Positions 20,044-30,030 of a DNA stretch of 64,000 nucleotides are shown piece after piece (position 1 is the first letter of the stretch; every line of letters begins with the position of its first letter). The stretch covers positions 1,411,679 to 1,475,678 of the forward strand of contig JAXGNN010000001.1 of assembly GCA_040767925.1 (NCBI GenBank), in the 5' to 3' direction. A model generated the notes under the pieces. The model did no database searches, had not been told where the DNA came from, and worked only from the letters and a program-made list of their open reading frames with translations. The DNA is from Christensenellales bacterium. GTDB lineage: Bacteria > Bacillota > Clostridia > Christensenellales > CAG-138. A program made the translations under genes and the position numbers.

Positions 20044-22052
20044 CAGCAGACCTCGCTGCCCCCGGGCATCCCCTCTCCCGTTTCCAACAGGCAGAGCTTT
20101 TCGCCCTCATCCGTTTCCGTGACGGCGGAGAGCAGCATGCCGCAGCTCTCCACGCCGCACATCTTGCGGGGCTTGAGGTTGACGCAGGCGATGAGGCGGC
20201 GGCCGACGAGCTTCTCCGGCTCGGGATACCAGCCGCGGATGCCCGAGAGGATCACGCGGTCCTCTCCCTCGCCCGTGTCGAGCGTGAACTTCAGGAGCTT
20301 GTCGCTCTTGGGCACGAACTCGCAGCTCTTCACGACCGCGACGCGCAGCTTGACCTTCTCAAATTCATCGAACCCGATATAGGAAGGCGCGGCGGGCTTT
20401 TCCTCCGCGGCGGACGCTTCCCCGGCGGGCTCTGCGGGGGTAGCGGCGCACGCCTGCGCCGTCGCTTCCTTTTCGGCCTGCATGGCCTCGAGTTCGGCGA
20501 GCTCCTTCTTAAGGTCGATGCGCGGGAAGAGCGCGTCTCCCTTTGAGACCTTCGCGCATTCGGGCAGCGCGCCCCACTCGCCCGCCCTCTCCCACGCGCC
20601 GAGCGCGCCCGCGGCGCCGATCTGCGAAAAGCCCTTATCGCAGGATTCGGGCATGAAGGGCACGAGCAGCGAGAGCGCGATGCGCAGCACCTCGAGCAGG
20701 TTGTAGAGGACGCTCGCGAGGCGGGGCCTGTCCTCGATGGCTTTGGCGAGCACCCAGGGCGCCGTCTCGTCGATATACTTGTTGGCACGGGAGACGACGC
20801 GGAAGATTTCCTCCAGCGCGGATTGCGTGTTGTAGGAATCCATCTGCTTCTCGTACTTGCCCTTCAGGGCCGAGGCGAGCGCGACGAGCTCCGCGTCCAT
20901 GGGTTCCGCCCGGCGCTCGGGGATGAGCGTTCCCTCAAAGTATTTTTCAACCATCGCGACCGTGCGGGAAAGCAGGTTCCCAAGGTCGTTGGCAAGGTCG
21001 GTATTGATGCGGGAAATCAGAAGCTCGTTGGAGAAGCTGCCGTCCGTGCCGAGCGGGAACTCCCGCATGAGGTAGAAGCGCAGCGCGTCCACGCCGTACC
21101 GGTTGGCGAGGATGACGGGGTCCACCACGTTGCCCTTCGACTTGCTCATCTTGCCGCCGCCTAACAAAAGCCAGCCGTGGCCGAACACCTTTTTGGGGAC
21201 GGGCTCGTCGAGGGACATGAGCATCGCGGGCCAGATGATCGAATGGAAGCGGACGATCTCCTTGCCCACCATGTGCACGTCCGCGGGCCAGTACCGATGA
21301 TAATCGCCATAGCGGTCATTTTCGTAGCCGAGGGCCGTAATGTAGTTGGAGAGCGCGTCGATCCACACGTAGACCACGTGGCCGGGGTCGAAATCGACCG
21401 GCACGCCCCAGGTGAAGGACGTGCGCGACACGCATAAATCCTCGAGGCCGGGGTCGATGAAGTTCTTGACCATCTCGTTGACGCGGGAGGCGGGCTCGAG
21501 GAATTCGCCCGTAAGCAGCAGCGCGCGCACCTTGTTTGCGTATTTCGAGAGGCGGAAGAAATACGCCTCCTCCTCCGCGTAGCGCACCTCGCGCCCGCAG
21601 TCGGGGCACTTGCCCTCGACGAGCTGGCTCTCCGTCCAGAAGCTCTCGCACGGCGTGCAGTACATGCCGGCGTATTTGCCCTTGTAGATATCCCCGTTCT
21701 CATACATCTTCTTGAAGATGCGCTGTATGGCCGAAACGTGGTAATCGTCCGTCGTGCGGATGAAGCGGTCGTTCGAGATGTTCATCAGCTTCCACAGATC
21801 GCGGATGCCGTCCTTCCCGTCCACGATATTGTCCACAAAGCGCTGCGGGGAAACGCCCGCGGCCTTCGCCTTCTCCTCTATCTTCTGGCCGTGCTCGTCG
21901 GTTCCCGTGAGGAACATGACGTCGTAGCCGCACATCCTCTTGTAGCGGGCGATGACGTCGGTGGCGACGGTGCAGTACGTGTGGCCGATGTGCAGCTTGT
22001 CGCTCGGGTAATAGATGGGGGTCGTGATGTAAAAGGTTTTCCGCTCCTGCAT
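20043..22052 (-). CDS. metG: Methionine--tRNA ligase with C-terminal tRNA-binding domain
   Basis: ITTPIYY, HIGH, KMSKS, Zn knuckle, Trbp111-like tail. Confidence 0.97.
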   Translation of the reverse strand: MQERKTFYITTPIYYPSDKLHIGHTYCTVATDVIARYKRMCGYDVMFLTGTDEHGQKIEEKAKAAGVSPQRFVDNIVDGKDGIRDLWKLMNISNDRFIRTTDDYHVSAIQRIFKKMYENGDIYKGKYAGMYCTPCESFWTESQLVEGKCPDCGREVRYAEEEAYFFRLSKYANKVRALLLTGEFLEPASRVNEMVKNFIDPGLEDLCVSRTSFTWGVPVDFDPGHVVYVWIDALSNYITALGYENDRYGDYHRYWPADVHMVGKEIVRFHSIIWPAMLMSLDEPVPKKVFGHGWLLLGGGKMSKSKGNVVDPVILANRYGVDALRFYLMREFPLGTDGSFSNELLISRINTDLANDLGNLLSRTVAMVEKYFEGTLIPERRAEPMDAELVALASALKGKYEKQMDSYNTQSALEEIFRVVSRANKYIDETAPWVLAKAIEDRPRLASVLYNLLEVLRIALSLLVPFMPESCDKGFSQIGAAGALGAWERAGEWGALPECAKVSKGDALFPRIDLKKELAELEAMQAEKEATAQACAATPAEPAGEASAAEEKPAAPSYIGFDEFEKVKLRVAVVKSCEFVPKSDKLLKFTLDTGEGEDRVILSGIRGWYPEPEKLVGRRLIACVNLKPRKMCGVESCGMLLSAVTETDEGEKLCLLETGEGMPGGSEVC

Positions 22053-22160
22053 TCCTAACTCCTTAAGGGGCCTTCCCCTCCTAATTAATAATAGAAAGTG
22101 TACTTTCGCAGGGTGTTTTTGTCAACTGCGGATTGTGGTAGAATAGTCAGGGACGAGGGG

Positions 22161-22195
22161 CAATTGACAATTGGGAATTGACAATTGACAATGAA
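22161..22195 (+). repeat. Heptamer tandem array (CAATTGA-type)
   Basis: CAATTGA CAATTGG GAATTGA CAATTGA CAATGAA. Confidence 0.9.
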
Positions 22196-22248
22196 AGGCG
22201 GCGTTCGGAGGCGGGGATCGCCCGGCCCGAGGCGCCCGGCCGACGTTC

Positions 22249-22274
22249 CGGGCGGATATGGAATCCGCCCCTAC
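22249..22274 (-). repeat. REP-like palindrome GTAGGGGCGGATTCCATATCCGCCCG
   Basis: Same family as 191-216 and 4261-4286. Confidence 0.8.
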
Positions 22275-22294
22275 AACATTCTAAGAAGGTTTCT

Positions 22295-22966
22295 ATGCCC
22301 ATCGTGACCGACGACCTGCAATATGACGGCCTCGTGATCCTGCGGGATACGGAGCGCTTCGCCTACGGGCACGACGCTGTGCTGCTCGCGAACTTCGTGC
22401 GCATGAAGCGCGGCGAGAAGCTTTGCGACCTCGGCACGGGCACGGGGATCATCGCGATACTCGCCCACGCTAAAACGGGCGCGGACGTGCTCGCCGTGGA
22501 CATCGACCCGGACTGCTGCGCGCTCGCGAAACAAAGCGTGGAGCTGAACGGCCTTTCCCCGCGCATCGAGGTGCTCCGCGCGGACATGCGGGAGATGCGC
22601 ATTGCGCAATACGGGACGTTCGACGCCGCCGTCTGCAACCCGCCCTACCGCGCGGGGGGAACCGAAAGCGCCGACCCCTCGCGCAGGCGCAGCGCGTTCC
22701 AGGAGGACTGCACGCTCCACGACGCGGTTTCCGCCGCGGGGAGGCTTTTGAAAAACGGGGGCAGGTTCTTCGTCTGCTATCCGGCGGAATTGGTCGCGCC
22801 GCTGTGCGCCGCGCTCGACCGGGAACGCCTCGCGGTGAAGCGGCTTTGCTTCGTCCGTTCCAAAGCGGACAGGCCCCCCTACCTCGCGCTCGTCGAGGCG
22901 AAAAAGAACGCGCGGCACGGCGCCGTCATCGAGGAAATCACGCTGGAGGACAGCCATGGAAATTGA
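22295..22966 (+). CDS. tRNA1(Val) adenine(37)-N6 methyltransferase-like (YabB family)
   Basis: DAVLLA.F, DLGTGTG, CNPPY; upstream of rsmI as in B. subtilis. Confidence 0.85.
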   Translation: MPIVTDDLQYDGLVILRDTERFAYGHDAVLLANFVRMKRGEKLCDLGTGTGIIAILAHAKTGADVLAVDIDPDCCALAKQSVELNGLSPRIEVLRADMREMRIAQYGTFDAAVCNPPYRAGGTESADPSRRRSAFQEDCTLHDAVSAAGRLLKNGGRFFVCYPAELVAPLCAALDRERLAVKRLCFVRSKADRPPYLALVEAKKNARHGAVIEEITLEDSHGN

Positions 22967-23804
22967 AGAAAGCGCCCCTCTTTCTCCCATGCTCTACCTG
23001 TGCGCCACGCCCATCGGCAACATGGAGGACATCACCCTTCGCGCCGTCCGCGTGCTCGGCGCGGTGTCCGCCGTCTACTGCGAGGACACGCGAAGGACGG
23101 GCGCGCTTCTCTCGAGGCTCGGCATCAAAAAGCCCCTCGTGAGCTGCCGCGCGCAGAACGAGAACGCGCGGGCGGCGGAGATCGTCTCCCGCGTAAAAGC
23201 CGGCGAAGCCGTGGCCTACGCGAGCGACGCGGGCATGCCCGGCATCAGCGACCCCGGGGAGCGGCTCGTCGCCGCGTGCGTCGCGGCGGGGGTCCCCTAC
23301 ACGGTCGTCCCCGGCGCGTCCGCCCTGACGACGGCGCTCGTCCTCTCCGGCTTTCCTTCAAAGAACGCGTGCTTCGTCGGCTTCCTTCCGCGCGAGGGGA
23401 AGGAGAGGCGCGAGGCGATCGGCGCCGTCAAAAGCCACAGGGGGACGCTCGTTTTTTACGAAAGCCCGCTTCGCGTGTCCGCCACGGCGAAGGAGCTTGC
23501 CGAAGAGCTGGGCGAGCGGGACTGCGCGCTCTGCCGGGAGCTCACCAAGCTCCACGAGCAGGTCGTGCGCGGGACGCTCTCCTCCCTCGCGGAACGGTAC
23601 GCCGAAACCCCGCCCAAAGGGGAATGCGCGCTCGTCGTCGCGGGCGCGGGGGAGGAAGCGGCCATGCCCGATGAGGATGCGCGCGCTCTTGCCCAAGCGC
23701 TTGTGAGGGAAGGGCTGAGCGCGAAGGACGCGGCGCGAGAGCTCGCGGAGCGCGCGGGAATGTCAAAAAACGAGGCGTACGCCATCGTGAAAACGCTGCT
23801 ATAA
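22956..23804 (+). CDS. rsmI: 16S rRNA (cytidine1402-2'-O)-methyltransferase
   Basis: ATPIGN.EDIT.RA, EDTR, SDAGMPGISDPG, YESP.R, RELTKLHE, KGE. Confidence 0.95.
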   Translation: MEIEESAPLSPMLYLCATPIGNMEDITLRAVRVLGAVSAVYCEDTRRTGALLSRLGIKKPLVSCRAQNENARAAEIVSRVKAGEAVAYASDAGMPGISDPGERLVAACVAAGVPYTVVPGASALTTALVLSGFPSKNACFVGFLPREGKERREAIGAVKSHRGTLVFYESPLRVSATAKELAEELGERDCALCRELTKLHEQVVRGTLSSLAERYAETPPKGECALVVAGAGEEAAMPDEDARALAQALVREGLSAKDAARELAERAGMSKNEAYAIVKTLL

Positions 23805-23823
23805 CGCTTTTAAGGAGATATGT

Positions 23824-24336
23824 ATGGGAGAATTCAGGAAATATGCGGACATGGCGCTTGAACTGGGCGCGCCGCACGCGGTGGAGTTCACGACCGGCCA
23901 GATCGCGTTCGACACGAGGACGCTTCTCAAGTGCATGTTCGGCTGCGACGACTGGGGGCAGAACCACACCTGCCCCTCGCGCGCGAACAACGCGCGCATT
24001 TCGGAATATCATGAGATGCTCTCGCGCTACCGCGGCGGGGTCATCATCCACGCCAACGACAAGGCGCTCTCGCAGAAGGTCTCCCTCGCCATAGAGGGAA
24101 GCGCGTTTCGCGACGGGTATTATTTCGCCTTCTCCCTCTCGGACTGCGGGCTCTGCCGCTCCTGCGCCGCAAAGGAGTGCGATCATTGCCGGTTTCCCAA
24201 AAAGGCGCGCCCCGCGTTCCACAGCGTGGGCATCGACGTGTTTAAGACCGTGCGCGGCTTCGGCCTGCCCATCTCCACCCTCTCGGACCCGGAGCACGAG
24301 GAGCAGAACTGGTACAGCGCCGTGTTCATCGACTGA
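23824..24336 (+). CDS. DUF2284-like Cys-rich metal-binding protein
   Basis: C..GC...G.N..CP, C.LC..C....C..C.FP..ARP....GIDV. Confidence 0.75.
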   Translation: MGEFRKYADMALELGAPHAVEFTTGQIAFDTRTLLKCMFGCDDWGQNHTCPSRANNARISEYHEMLSRYRGGVIIHANDKALSQKVSLAIEGSAFRDGYYFAFSLSDCGLCRSCAAKECDHCRFPKKARPAFHSVGIDVFKTVRGFGLPISTLSDPEHEEQNWYSAVFID

Positions 24337-24343
24337 GGATTCT

Positions 24344-25405
24344 GTGGACAACATGTCGGAAACCCGCGCATATCTCGCCGCGCACGCAACAAAGCATCCC
24401 GCCATGCGGCCGCAGGACGTCGTAAAGCTGTGCTATCAGGCGGCGTTCGGCGCGGAGCATCTTCTCCCGGATATCCCCGCCGCGCGCGCGTGCTTCATGG
24501 AGGAGTTCGACGCGGCCGGGGCGGAACGCGGGGAACGGATGGAGCCCGTGTCGGACGCGTTCTGCCGGGTGGATTTTCGCGCGTGGAAGACCGATGGGCT
24601 CCCTTCGGAATGGCTGTTCAACTGCTTCGCGCTTTCCGCAAAGGCGGAGCCGGGCGCGGAAGAAGCTCTCCTGCAAAGCCTCGCCGCGGCGCAAACGCTC
24701 GCGAATGAGGGCGCGTTTTCGTTTTCATCGGGCGAGTTTCGGGCGTATGTCGAGCGCTATCTGAAAGAGGGTGCGCGCCCCGTGCGCCACAGCCCGGAAT
24801 TTCGGGCGGCGGAGCGCCCCTCCTACCGGCTCGTGCGCCGGGAGCTCGCGCGGCTCTTCCCGCTGTTTGTACGCATGGCTGCTTTTTCCGAAACCGGGGA
24901 GGCGAAGGTTGTCGCCGTAGACGGGCGCGCGGCCTCGGGAAAAACAACCCTTGCGGCGCGGCTCGCCGCCGTCGCGGGCGCGGGCGTCGCGCACATGGAC
25001 GATTTCTTCCTGCCGCCGGAGCTTCGCACGAAGGAGCGCCTCGCCCTGCCCGGAGGCAACGCGCATTACGAGCGCTTCCTCGCGGAGGTGCTCCCGCGCC
25101 TCCGCTCCAAAGAGGCGTTCTCCTACGGCGTGTTCGACTGCGGGAAGATGGCGCTTTCGGGCAGGCGGGAGGTCGCCACCTCGCCCTGGCGCGTCGTCGA
25201 GGGCGCGTACTGCTGCCACCCGAGGCTCGGCGATTACGCGGACATCCGGGTTTTCTCAGACATAGATAAGGAAGAGCAGCTTGCGCGCGTCCGCGCGCGG
25301 GAGGGCAAGGAGGGCGCGCTTGCGTATCTTTCCCGCTGGATCCCGCTGGAGGAAGCGTATTTCGCGGCCTTCGGCATCCGGGAGAGGGCGGATATCGTCC
25401 TCTAG
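24344..25405 (+). CDS. Uncharacterised N-terminal domain fused to a uridine-kinase-like P-loop domain
   Basis: DGRAASGKTT, HMDDF, VEGAY, RWIPLEEAYF in the C-terminal half. Confidence 0.7.
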   Translation: MDNMSETRAYLAAHATKHPAMRPQDVVKLCYQAAFGAEHLLPDIPAARACFMEEFDAAGAERGERMEPVSDAFCRVDFRAWKTDGLPSEWLFNCFALSAKAEPGAEEALLQSLAAAQTLANEGAFSFSSGEFRAYVERYLKEGARPVRHSPEFRAAERPSYRLVRRELARLFPLFVRMAAFSETGEAKVVAVDGRAASGKTTLAARLAAVAGAGVAHMDDFFLPPELRTKERLALPGGNAHYERFLAEVLPRLRSKEAFSYGVFDCGKMALSGRREVATSPWRVVEGAYCCHPRLGDYADIRVFSDIDKEEQLARVRAREGKEGALAYLSRWIPLEEAYFAAFGIRERADIVL

Positions 25406-25469
25406 TTCCGGCGAAGCTTACCCTATCACGAGACGAAAGGCGAAACGCATCCATGGAGAAGCCCGATCG

Positions 25470-27488
25470 ATGAAGCGCGGCGCGGTATCGCTGATCCTTT
25501 CCTTCCTCCTGACGCTCGGCGCGTTCACGCTGGGCGCGGCTTCGGGCCTCGACGCGCGGGACGCCAAAACGGCGGCGCTGCTGCTTTCGGGCGCGCTCGG
25601 CCTCTGCGCCGCCGGGAGCGCGCTTTTGTATCTTTATGAAAAGCGGCGGCTCGCGCGCATGAGGGTCGCGGAAGCCAACGCGCTGGCGCTCGCGGCGGGG
25701 CGGCGCGCCGAGGAAGACCTCGACGCCGAGGTTGCCTCCCTGATAAAAAAGCTCCTGCCGGTCCGCATCTGGCTCTGGCTCCTGGCCGCGGCGCTAATCT
25801 TCGCCGCTTTCCTCTGCGGCGCGGCGAGCCCCGTTTTCGAATATATCCCCGTGCTGCTGCTTGCGCTCTACGCGCTCTGGGGGATCGTCCACATCAGGCT
25901 CCAGCCCTTCTTTATGGAAAAGCCCGAGGGCGTTCTGCCAAGGGAGGAATTCCCCGAGTTCTACGCGCTCGCAGGCGAAGCGCAGCGCGCCGCGGGCGGG
26001 AAAAGGCGCGTGCTCGTCGCTTTGCGGGAGGACGGCAACGTCGGCGTGTCCGCGCTCCGGTCCGGGGACTGCATCGCGCTCGACGCGCGGCTCGCGAAAC
26101 TTCTGACGCGCGGGGAACTGTATCAGGTGCTGCTGCACGAGTTCGCGCACCTCTATATGGGCGTCGCGCGCAAAATCGCCGTTGTGCAGCGGTGGGACGG
26201 CCTCCTTCGCGGCATCGACCTTCGCGCTTTGCGGCTGCCCGGAGCCGCGCTGATGCTGTATCCCGCCTTTTGCGCGTTGTGCCGCTACGACCTCTTCGAG
26301 GCGGCCGCGGCGCGCGAGGTGGAGAAGCGCGCGGACGCGTTCGCCATGGAACGCGGGGACGCGCGGGCCTACGCGGACGCGCTGGGCAAAATCAAAATGC
26401 TCTACCTGTTCAATACGGAGCGCTGCCCCGAACTGAGCGTAGACGCGTACGCCGGGGAAGCGTTTACGCGGCGCTATTATACGGAGTCCGTTTCGCTGTT
26501 CGAACGGTATCTCGCCCGCGAGGAAGCCCGCTGGCGGGAGCTCGCGGCGCGCGAAATCACGGCGCAGATCGATTCCCACCCGACGCTCAAAACGCGGCTT
26601 GCCGCCCTCGGCGCCGCGGAATACGGCGTTTGCTCCCGCGAGGCGGGCACGCCCTTCGCCCTCGAGCAGGACAGGCTCCTCGCCCGTGCCGACGGCGAGA
26701 TATATAAGAGGGTTTCGCCCGATTACGAGCGCATGCGCGGGGAAATTTATGTGGACCGGCTTGCCGCCATAGAGGCTTACGAGGCGGCGGCGGACGTTCG
26801 CGCGCTTTCCGCGAAGGCGCGCCTCGACGCGGCCCACGCCTACGCCGACGTCGACAACGCTAAGGCGCTCGCCGCCTATCGAAGTCTCGCCGCGGACGAG
26901 CCGGAGAACTGCTACGCGCATTTCGCTCTGGGCGAATTTCTCCTCTCCCTCTACCGCGACGAAGGGATCGGGTCGCTCTATCGCGCGGCGGAGCTCAACG
27001 GCAGCATGGCCGAGCAGGCGTGTGAACGCATCGGCTCGTACTGCGTGAGAACGGGCAACGAGGCGGAGCTCGCGCGCTACCGCGCGCGCGTCGCGGACGC
27101 CATGCAGTCCGCGGCGGACAGGAGCCGCGCGCTTCGCGCGGCGCTTTCCAAGGGTGCGCTCGCGCCGAGCCCGCTTCCGGAGGCGGTTCGGGAGGAGGCT
27201 GTCCGCGCGGTCGCCGAACGCTGCGGCGAGGTCTGCGCGCGCGTCTATCTCGCGGCGCGGCGAGTCCCCGGCGGCGGGGAGACGAACGTGTTTCTGCTCT
27301 CGGCGAAGGAAGGCGCCGACCCCGAGGAATTCGAGGCGGCCGCGCAGAGCGCGTTCGAGTATCTCGACATGCGCCCGGAGCAGTTTGCGCTCGTCCCGGC
27401 CGCGGGAAGGCGGGCGAAGCGGCAGGAGAGGCTCTTTTTGAAGCGTGTGCCGGACAGCCTCGTCTGGCGCGCGGAGCCCCGGGCTTGA
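25470..27488 (+). CDS. Membrane M48-family metallopeptidase with TPR-like C-terminal region
   Basis: N-terminal TMs, HEFAH, E..AD, SHPT...RL. Confidence 0.75.
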   Translation: MKRGAVSLILSFLLTLGAFTLGAASGLDARDAKTAALLLSGALGLCAAGSALLYLYEKRRLARMRVAEANALALAAGRRAEEDLDAEVASLIKKLLPVRIWLWLLAAALIFAAFLCGAASPVFEYIPVLLLALYALWGIVHIRLQPFFMEKPEGVLPREEFPEFYALAGEAQRAAGGKRRVLVALREDGNVGVSALRSGDCIALDARLAKLLTRGELYQVLLHEFAHLYMGVARKIAVVQRWDGLLRGIDLRALRLPGAALMLYPAFCALCRYDLFEAAAAREVEKRADAFAMERGDARAYADALGKIKMLYLFNTERCPELSVDAYAGEAFTRRYYTESVSLFERYLAREEARWRELAAREITAQIDSHPTLKTRLAALGAAEYGVCSREAGTPFALEQDRLLARADGEIYKRVSPDYERMRGEIYVDRLAAIEAYEAAADVRALSAKARLDAAHAYADVDNAKALAAYRSLAADEPENCYAHFALGEFLLSLYRDEGIGSLYRAAELNGSMAEQACERIGSYCVRTGNEAELARYRARVADAMQSAADRSRALRAALSKGALAPSPLPEAVREEAVRAVAERCGEVCARVYLAARRVPGGGETNVFLLSAKEGADPEEFEAAAQSAFEYLDMRPEQFALVPAAGRRAKRQERLFLKRVPDSLVWRAEPRA

Positions 27489-27513
27489 ACGGCGCGCCCC
27501 GACGGCCTATAAT
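27485..27513 (+). promoter_or_regulatory. Sigma-A promoter, probably leaderless
   Basis: TTGAAC-N17-TATAAT, ATG 6 nt after the -10 box, no SD. Confidence 0.6.
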
Positions 27514-27519
27514 ACGCAT

Positions 27520-28308
27520 ATGATCTACCTGACGCGCTTTGAAAAGCAAAAAACGCCCGAATTTTTGGAATATCCCTTCACGGTGCCGCTCATCGCGTCC
27601 TTCGAGGCGGTGCCCTTCGCGGCGCCCGTCACGATCTTCGCGGGGGATAACGGCAGCGGCAAGACGACGCTCATCGAGCTCATGGCCGCGAAGCTTTCCG
27701 CCGTGCGCATCGGCTCCGGCAACCGGGGCGAGAGGCGCGCGCGCATCGAGCGGGCGGCGAAATACTTCCTCGCGGTGCGCGCGCGCACGCAAAGGCTCTG
27801 CTTTTATTTCACGGCGGAGGATTTCAGCCGCGAGATCGAGGCGCGCACGGCCATGCGCGAGGACGCGGAAACGGCGCTGCGGGGGATCGAGCGGGAGTAT
27901 GAACACCGCTCGGCCGCCGCGAAAGGGCTCGCATCGATGCCCTTCGCGCGCACCATCGGCGAGATGGACGGGCAGTACAGGACGGAATTGACCGAGCGGA
28001 GCCACGGGGAGGGCTTCCTCGACTTCTTCGGGCGGCGGCTCGTGCCCGGCGGGCTCTACTTCCTCGACGAGCCGGAGGCGGCGCTGACGTACTTCAACCA
28101 GCTCGTGCTGCTCAACATGATCCGGGACGCGGCGGAAAAGGGCTGCCAGTTCATCCTCTCCACCCACTCCCCCGTGCTGTGCGCCTGCCCGGGAGCGGAG
28201 ATCTACGAGCTCACGGAGGACGGGCCGAAACGGACGGAATATGACGCGCTTTCCAACGTGCAGTTTTTGAAGATGTTCCTTTCCGAGCGGGAGAGGCTTT
28301 TGCGATAG
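27520..28308 (+). CDS. ABC/AAA-type ATPase (COG3910-like)
   Basis: GDNGSGKTT, SHGEGFL, LDEPEAAL, STHSP. Confidence 0.85.
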   Translation: MIYLTRFEKQKTPEFLEYPFTVPLIASFEAVPFAAPVTIFAGDNGSGKTTLIELMAAKLSAVRIGSGNRGERRARIERAAKYFLAVRARTQRLCFYFTAEDFSREIEARTAMREDAETALRGIEREYEHRSAAAKGLASMPFARTIGEMDGQYRTELTERSHGEGFLDFFGRRLVPGGLYFLDEPEAALTYFNQLVLLNMIRDAAEKGCQFILSTHSPVLCACPGAEIYELTEDGPKRTEYDALSNVQFLKMFLSERERLLR

Positions 28309-28312
28309 GAGG

Positions 28313-29260
28313 ATGGCTATGGGATACGTCGCGGGCGTGGGCGCGCTCAACGCGGACCTCGTGGGCAGGAGCCGCGCCCCCCTCGTCATGCGGGATTCGA
28401 ACCCCGGCTTCGCGCGCCTCGGCGCGGGCGGCGTGACGCGCAACATCCTCGAGAACGCCGCGCGCATGGGGCTTGCCTGCCGCCTCCTCTCCGCCGTCGG
28501 GGACGACGCGTTGGGGAAAATGACGCTCTCCATGACCGCGGAGTCCGGCGTGGACGTTTCCCGCGTGCGCGTGCTTCCGGGTGTGGCGACCTCCTCCTAC
28601 TGCGCGATCCTCGAGCCGGAGGGCGACATGCTGCTCGCCCTCTCCGACATGCGCATCCTCGGGGAGGTGACGGACGAATACCTTGAGGAACACGCGGCGC
28701 TCCTCTCGGGGGCGGACGCGGTCGTGCTCGACCCGAGCCTGCCCGAGCGCGCGATCGACAAAGTCCTCGCGCTCGCCTCGGATGTCCCTGTGTTCGCCGA
28801 CCCGGTGTCGACGACCTACGCGAAAAAGCTCCTCGGCCGCGCGGGGAGGTTCTTTGCCCTGAAGCCCAACCGCATGGAGCTCGAGATCCTCTCCGGCATG
28901 CGGGCCGACACCGAAGAAAGCCTTCGCCTCGCCGCCGAAAAGCTCGTCGCGCAGGGCTGCCAAAGGGTGTATGTGACGCTCGGCGGCCGGGGCTGCGCCT
29001 ACGCGGACGGCGAAGGGCGCTACGTTCGCATGATGCTCTCCCGCCCCGCCGCGCAAATGGAGAACGCCACCGGCGCGGGGGACGCGTTCACGGCGGCGAC
29101 GGTGTTCGGTTTCGTCCAAGGCTATTCCCCGGAGCGGACGCTTTCTTTCGCGCTCGCCGCGGGGCTTGCGGCAATCCTTTCGCCGGCGACCGTCGAGCCG
29201 CGCGTCGGCGAGGCTTTCCTCGAAGGAATCCTGGCTGAAAACCCGCCCGTTTTCTGTTGA
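28313..29260 (+). CDS. PfkB family carbohydrate kinase (pseudouridine kinase-like)
   Basis: SNPG....GGV.RNI.EN, KPN..E, NATGAGDAF. Confidence 0.85.
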   Translation: MAMGYVAGVGALNADLVGRSRAPLVMRDSNPGFARLGAGGVTRNILENAARMGLACRLLSAVGDDALGKMTLSMTAESGVDVSRVRVLPGVATSSYCAILEPEGDMLLALSDMRILGEVTDEYLEEHAALLSGADAVVLDPSLPERAIDKVLALASDVPVFADPVSTTYAKKLLGRAGRFFALKPNRMELEILSGMRADTEESLRLAAEKLVAQGCQRVYVTLGGRGCAYADGEGRYVRMMLSRPAAQMENATGAGDAFTAATVFGFVQGYSPERTLSFALAAGLAAILSPATVEPRVGEAFLEGILAENPPVFC

Positions 29261-29312
29261 CAAGCGGTTGAACTTGCGTTAAAATAACGGAGCGTCTTTA
29301 AACGGGACGCAT

Positions 29313-29388
29313 GCGCCCATAGCTCAGCGGATAGAGTGCCCGGCTACGAACCGGTAGGTCGCAGGTTCAAATCCTGCTGGGCGCGCCA
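29313..29388 (+). tRNA. tRNA-Arg (anticodon ACG)
   Basis: GCGCCCA/TGGGCGC acceptor stem, CCGG-CT-ACG-AA-CCGG anticodon arm, GGTTCAAATCC T-arm, encoded CCA. Confidence 0.96.
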
Positions 29389-29389
29389 A

Positions 29390-29427
29390 GGAAAAGCGCA
29401 GTCAATCCTGAATGACTGCGCTTTTCC
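29390..29427 (+). terminator. Hairpin terminator after tRNA-Arg
   Basis: GGAAAAGCGCAGTCA-ATCCTGAA-TGACTGCGCTTTTCC. Confidence 0.8.
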
Positions 29428-29637
29428 AATGATGTTTGGCTGCGCCGGATGCCGCACCGGCGCGAGGCGTGCTCCGCAAACGATCGCTCATGAAGATTGA
29501 CTTCAATCCGGCGCGTGATATTATAATTGTAATATTCATGTCTTGCGCGGGGTTCCTGAACGCTTGCCGCTTGGATTTGATAACGTGTATTAGCTGCTAT
29601 TAGCTGCTATTGGCTGCACGAAAGGAAGGCGGAAAAA

Positions 29638-30006
29638 ATGAGATTGGCGATGGCTCCATGCGGAATAGACTGCAACGATTGCGAATTATACAGGGCGGCG
29701 TTCGACATGGACCAGGCGGCGTCGCTGGTCCCGTGGTTTAAAAGCAAAGGATGGATCAAAGCCGGGGAAGGGGCCGGGGAAATCATGGCGAAAGCCCCTT
29801 TCTGCATGGGGTGCTGCGGAGACCGCGCCGTGCAATGGAGCGGGGACTGCGCCATCAGGCTCTGCTGCGCGGATGAAAAAGGCCTCGCGCATTGCGGGGC
29901 GTGCGCGGATTTTCCGTGCGCGCAGCTGAACGACTGGGCGCTGGACGCGGAGCATCACGCCGCGGCGCTGAAGAAGCTCAGGGAGATCAGAGCGCAGGAA
30001 GAATAG
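29638..30006 (+). CDS. DUF3795-like Cys-rich protein
   Basis: APCGIDCNDC, C.GC, CAIRLCC, HCGAC.DFPC. Confidence 0.8.
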   Translation: MRLAMAPCGIDCNDCELYRAAFDMDQAASLVPWFKSKGWIKAGEGAGEIMAKAPFCMGCCGDRAVQWSGDCAIRLCCADEKGLAHCGACADFPCAQLNDWALDAEHHAAALKKLREIRAQEE

Positions 30007-30030
30007 GATTACGGAAGGCGGCGCAGCCTT

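Noticed and set aside
16633..30006. Selenoproteins (UGA read-through) near yqeB/yqeC or in the Cys-rich DUF2284/DUF3795 genes
   Set aside because: The ORFs look full-length, with no in-frame TGA at a Cys position
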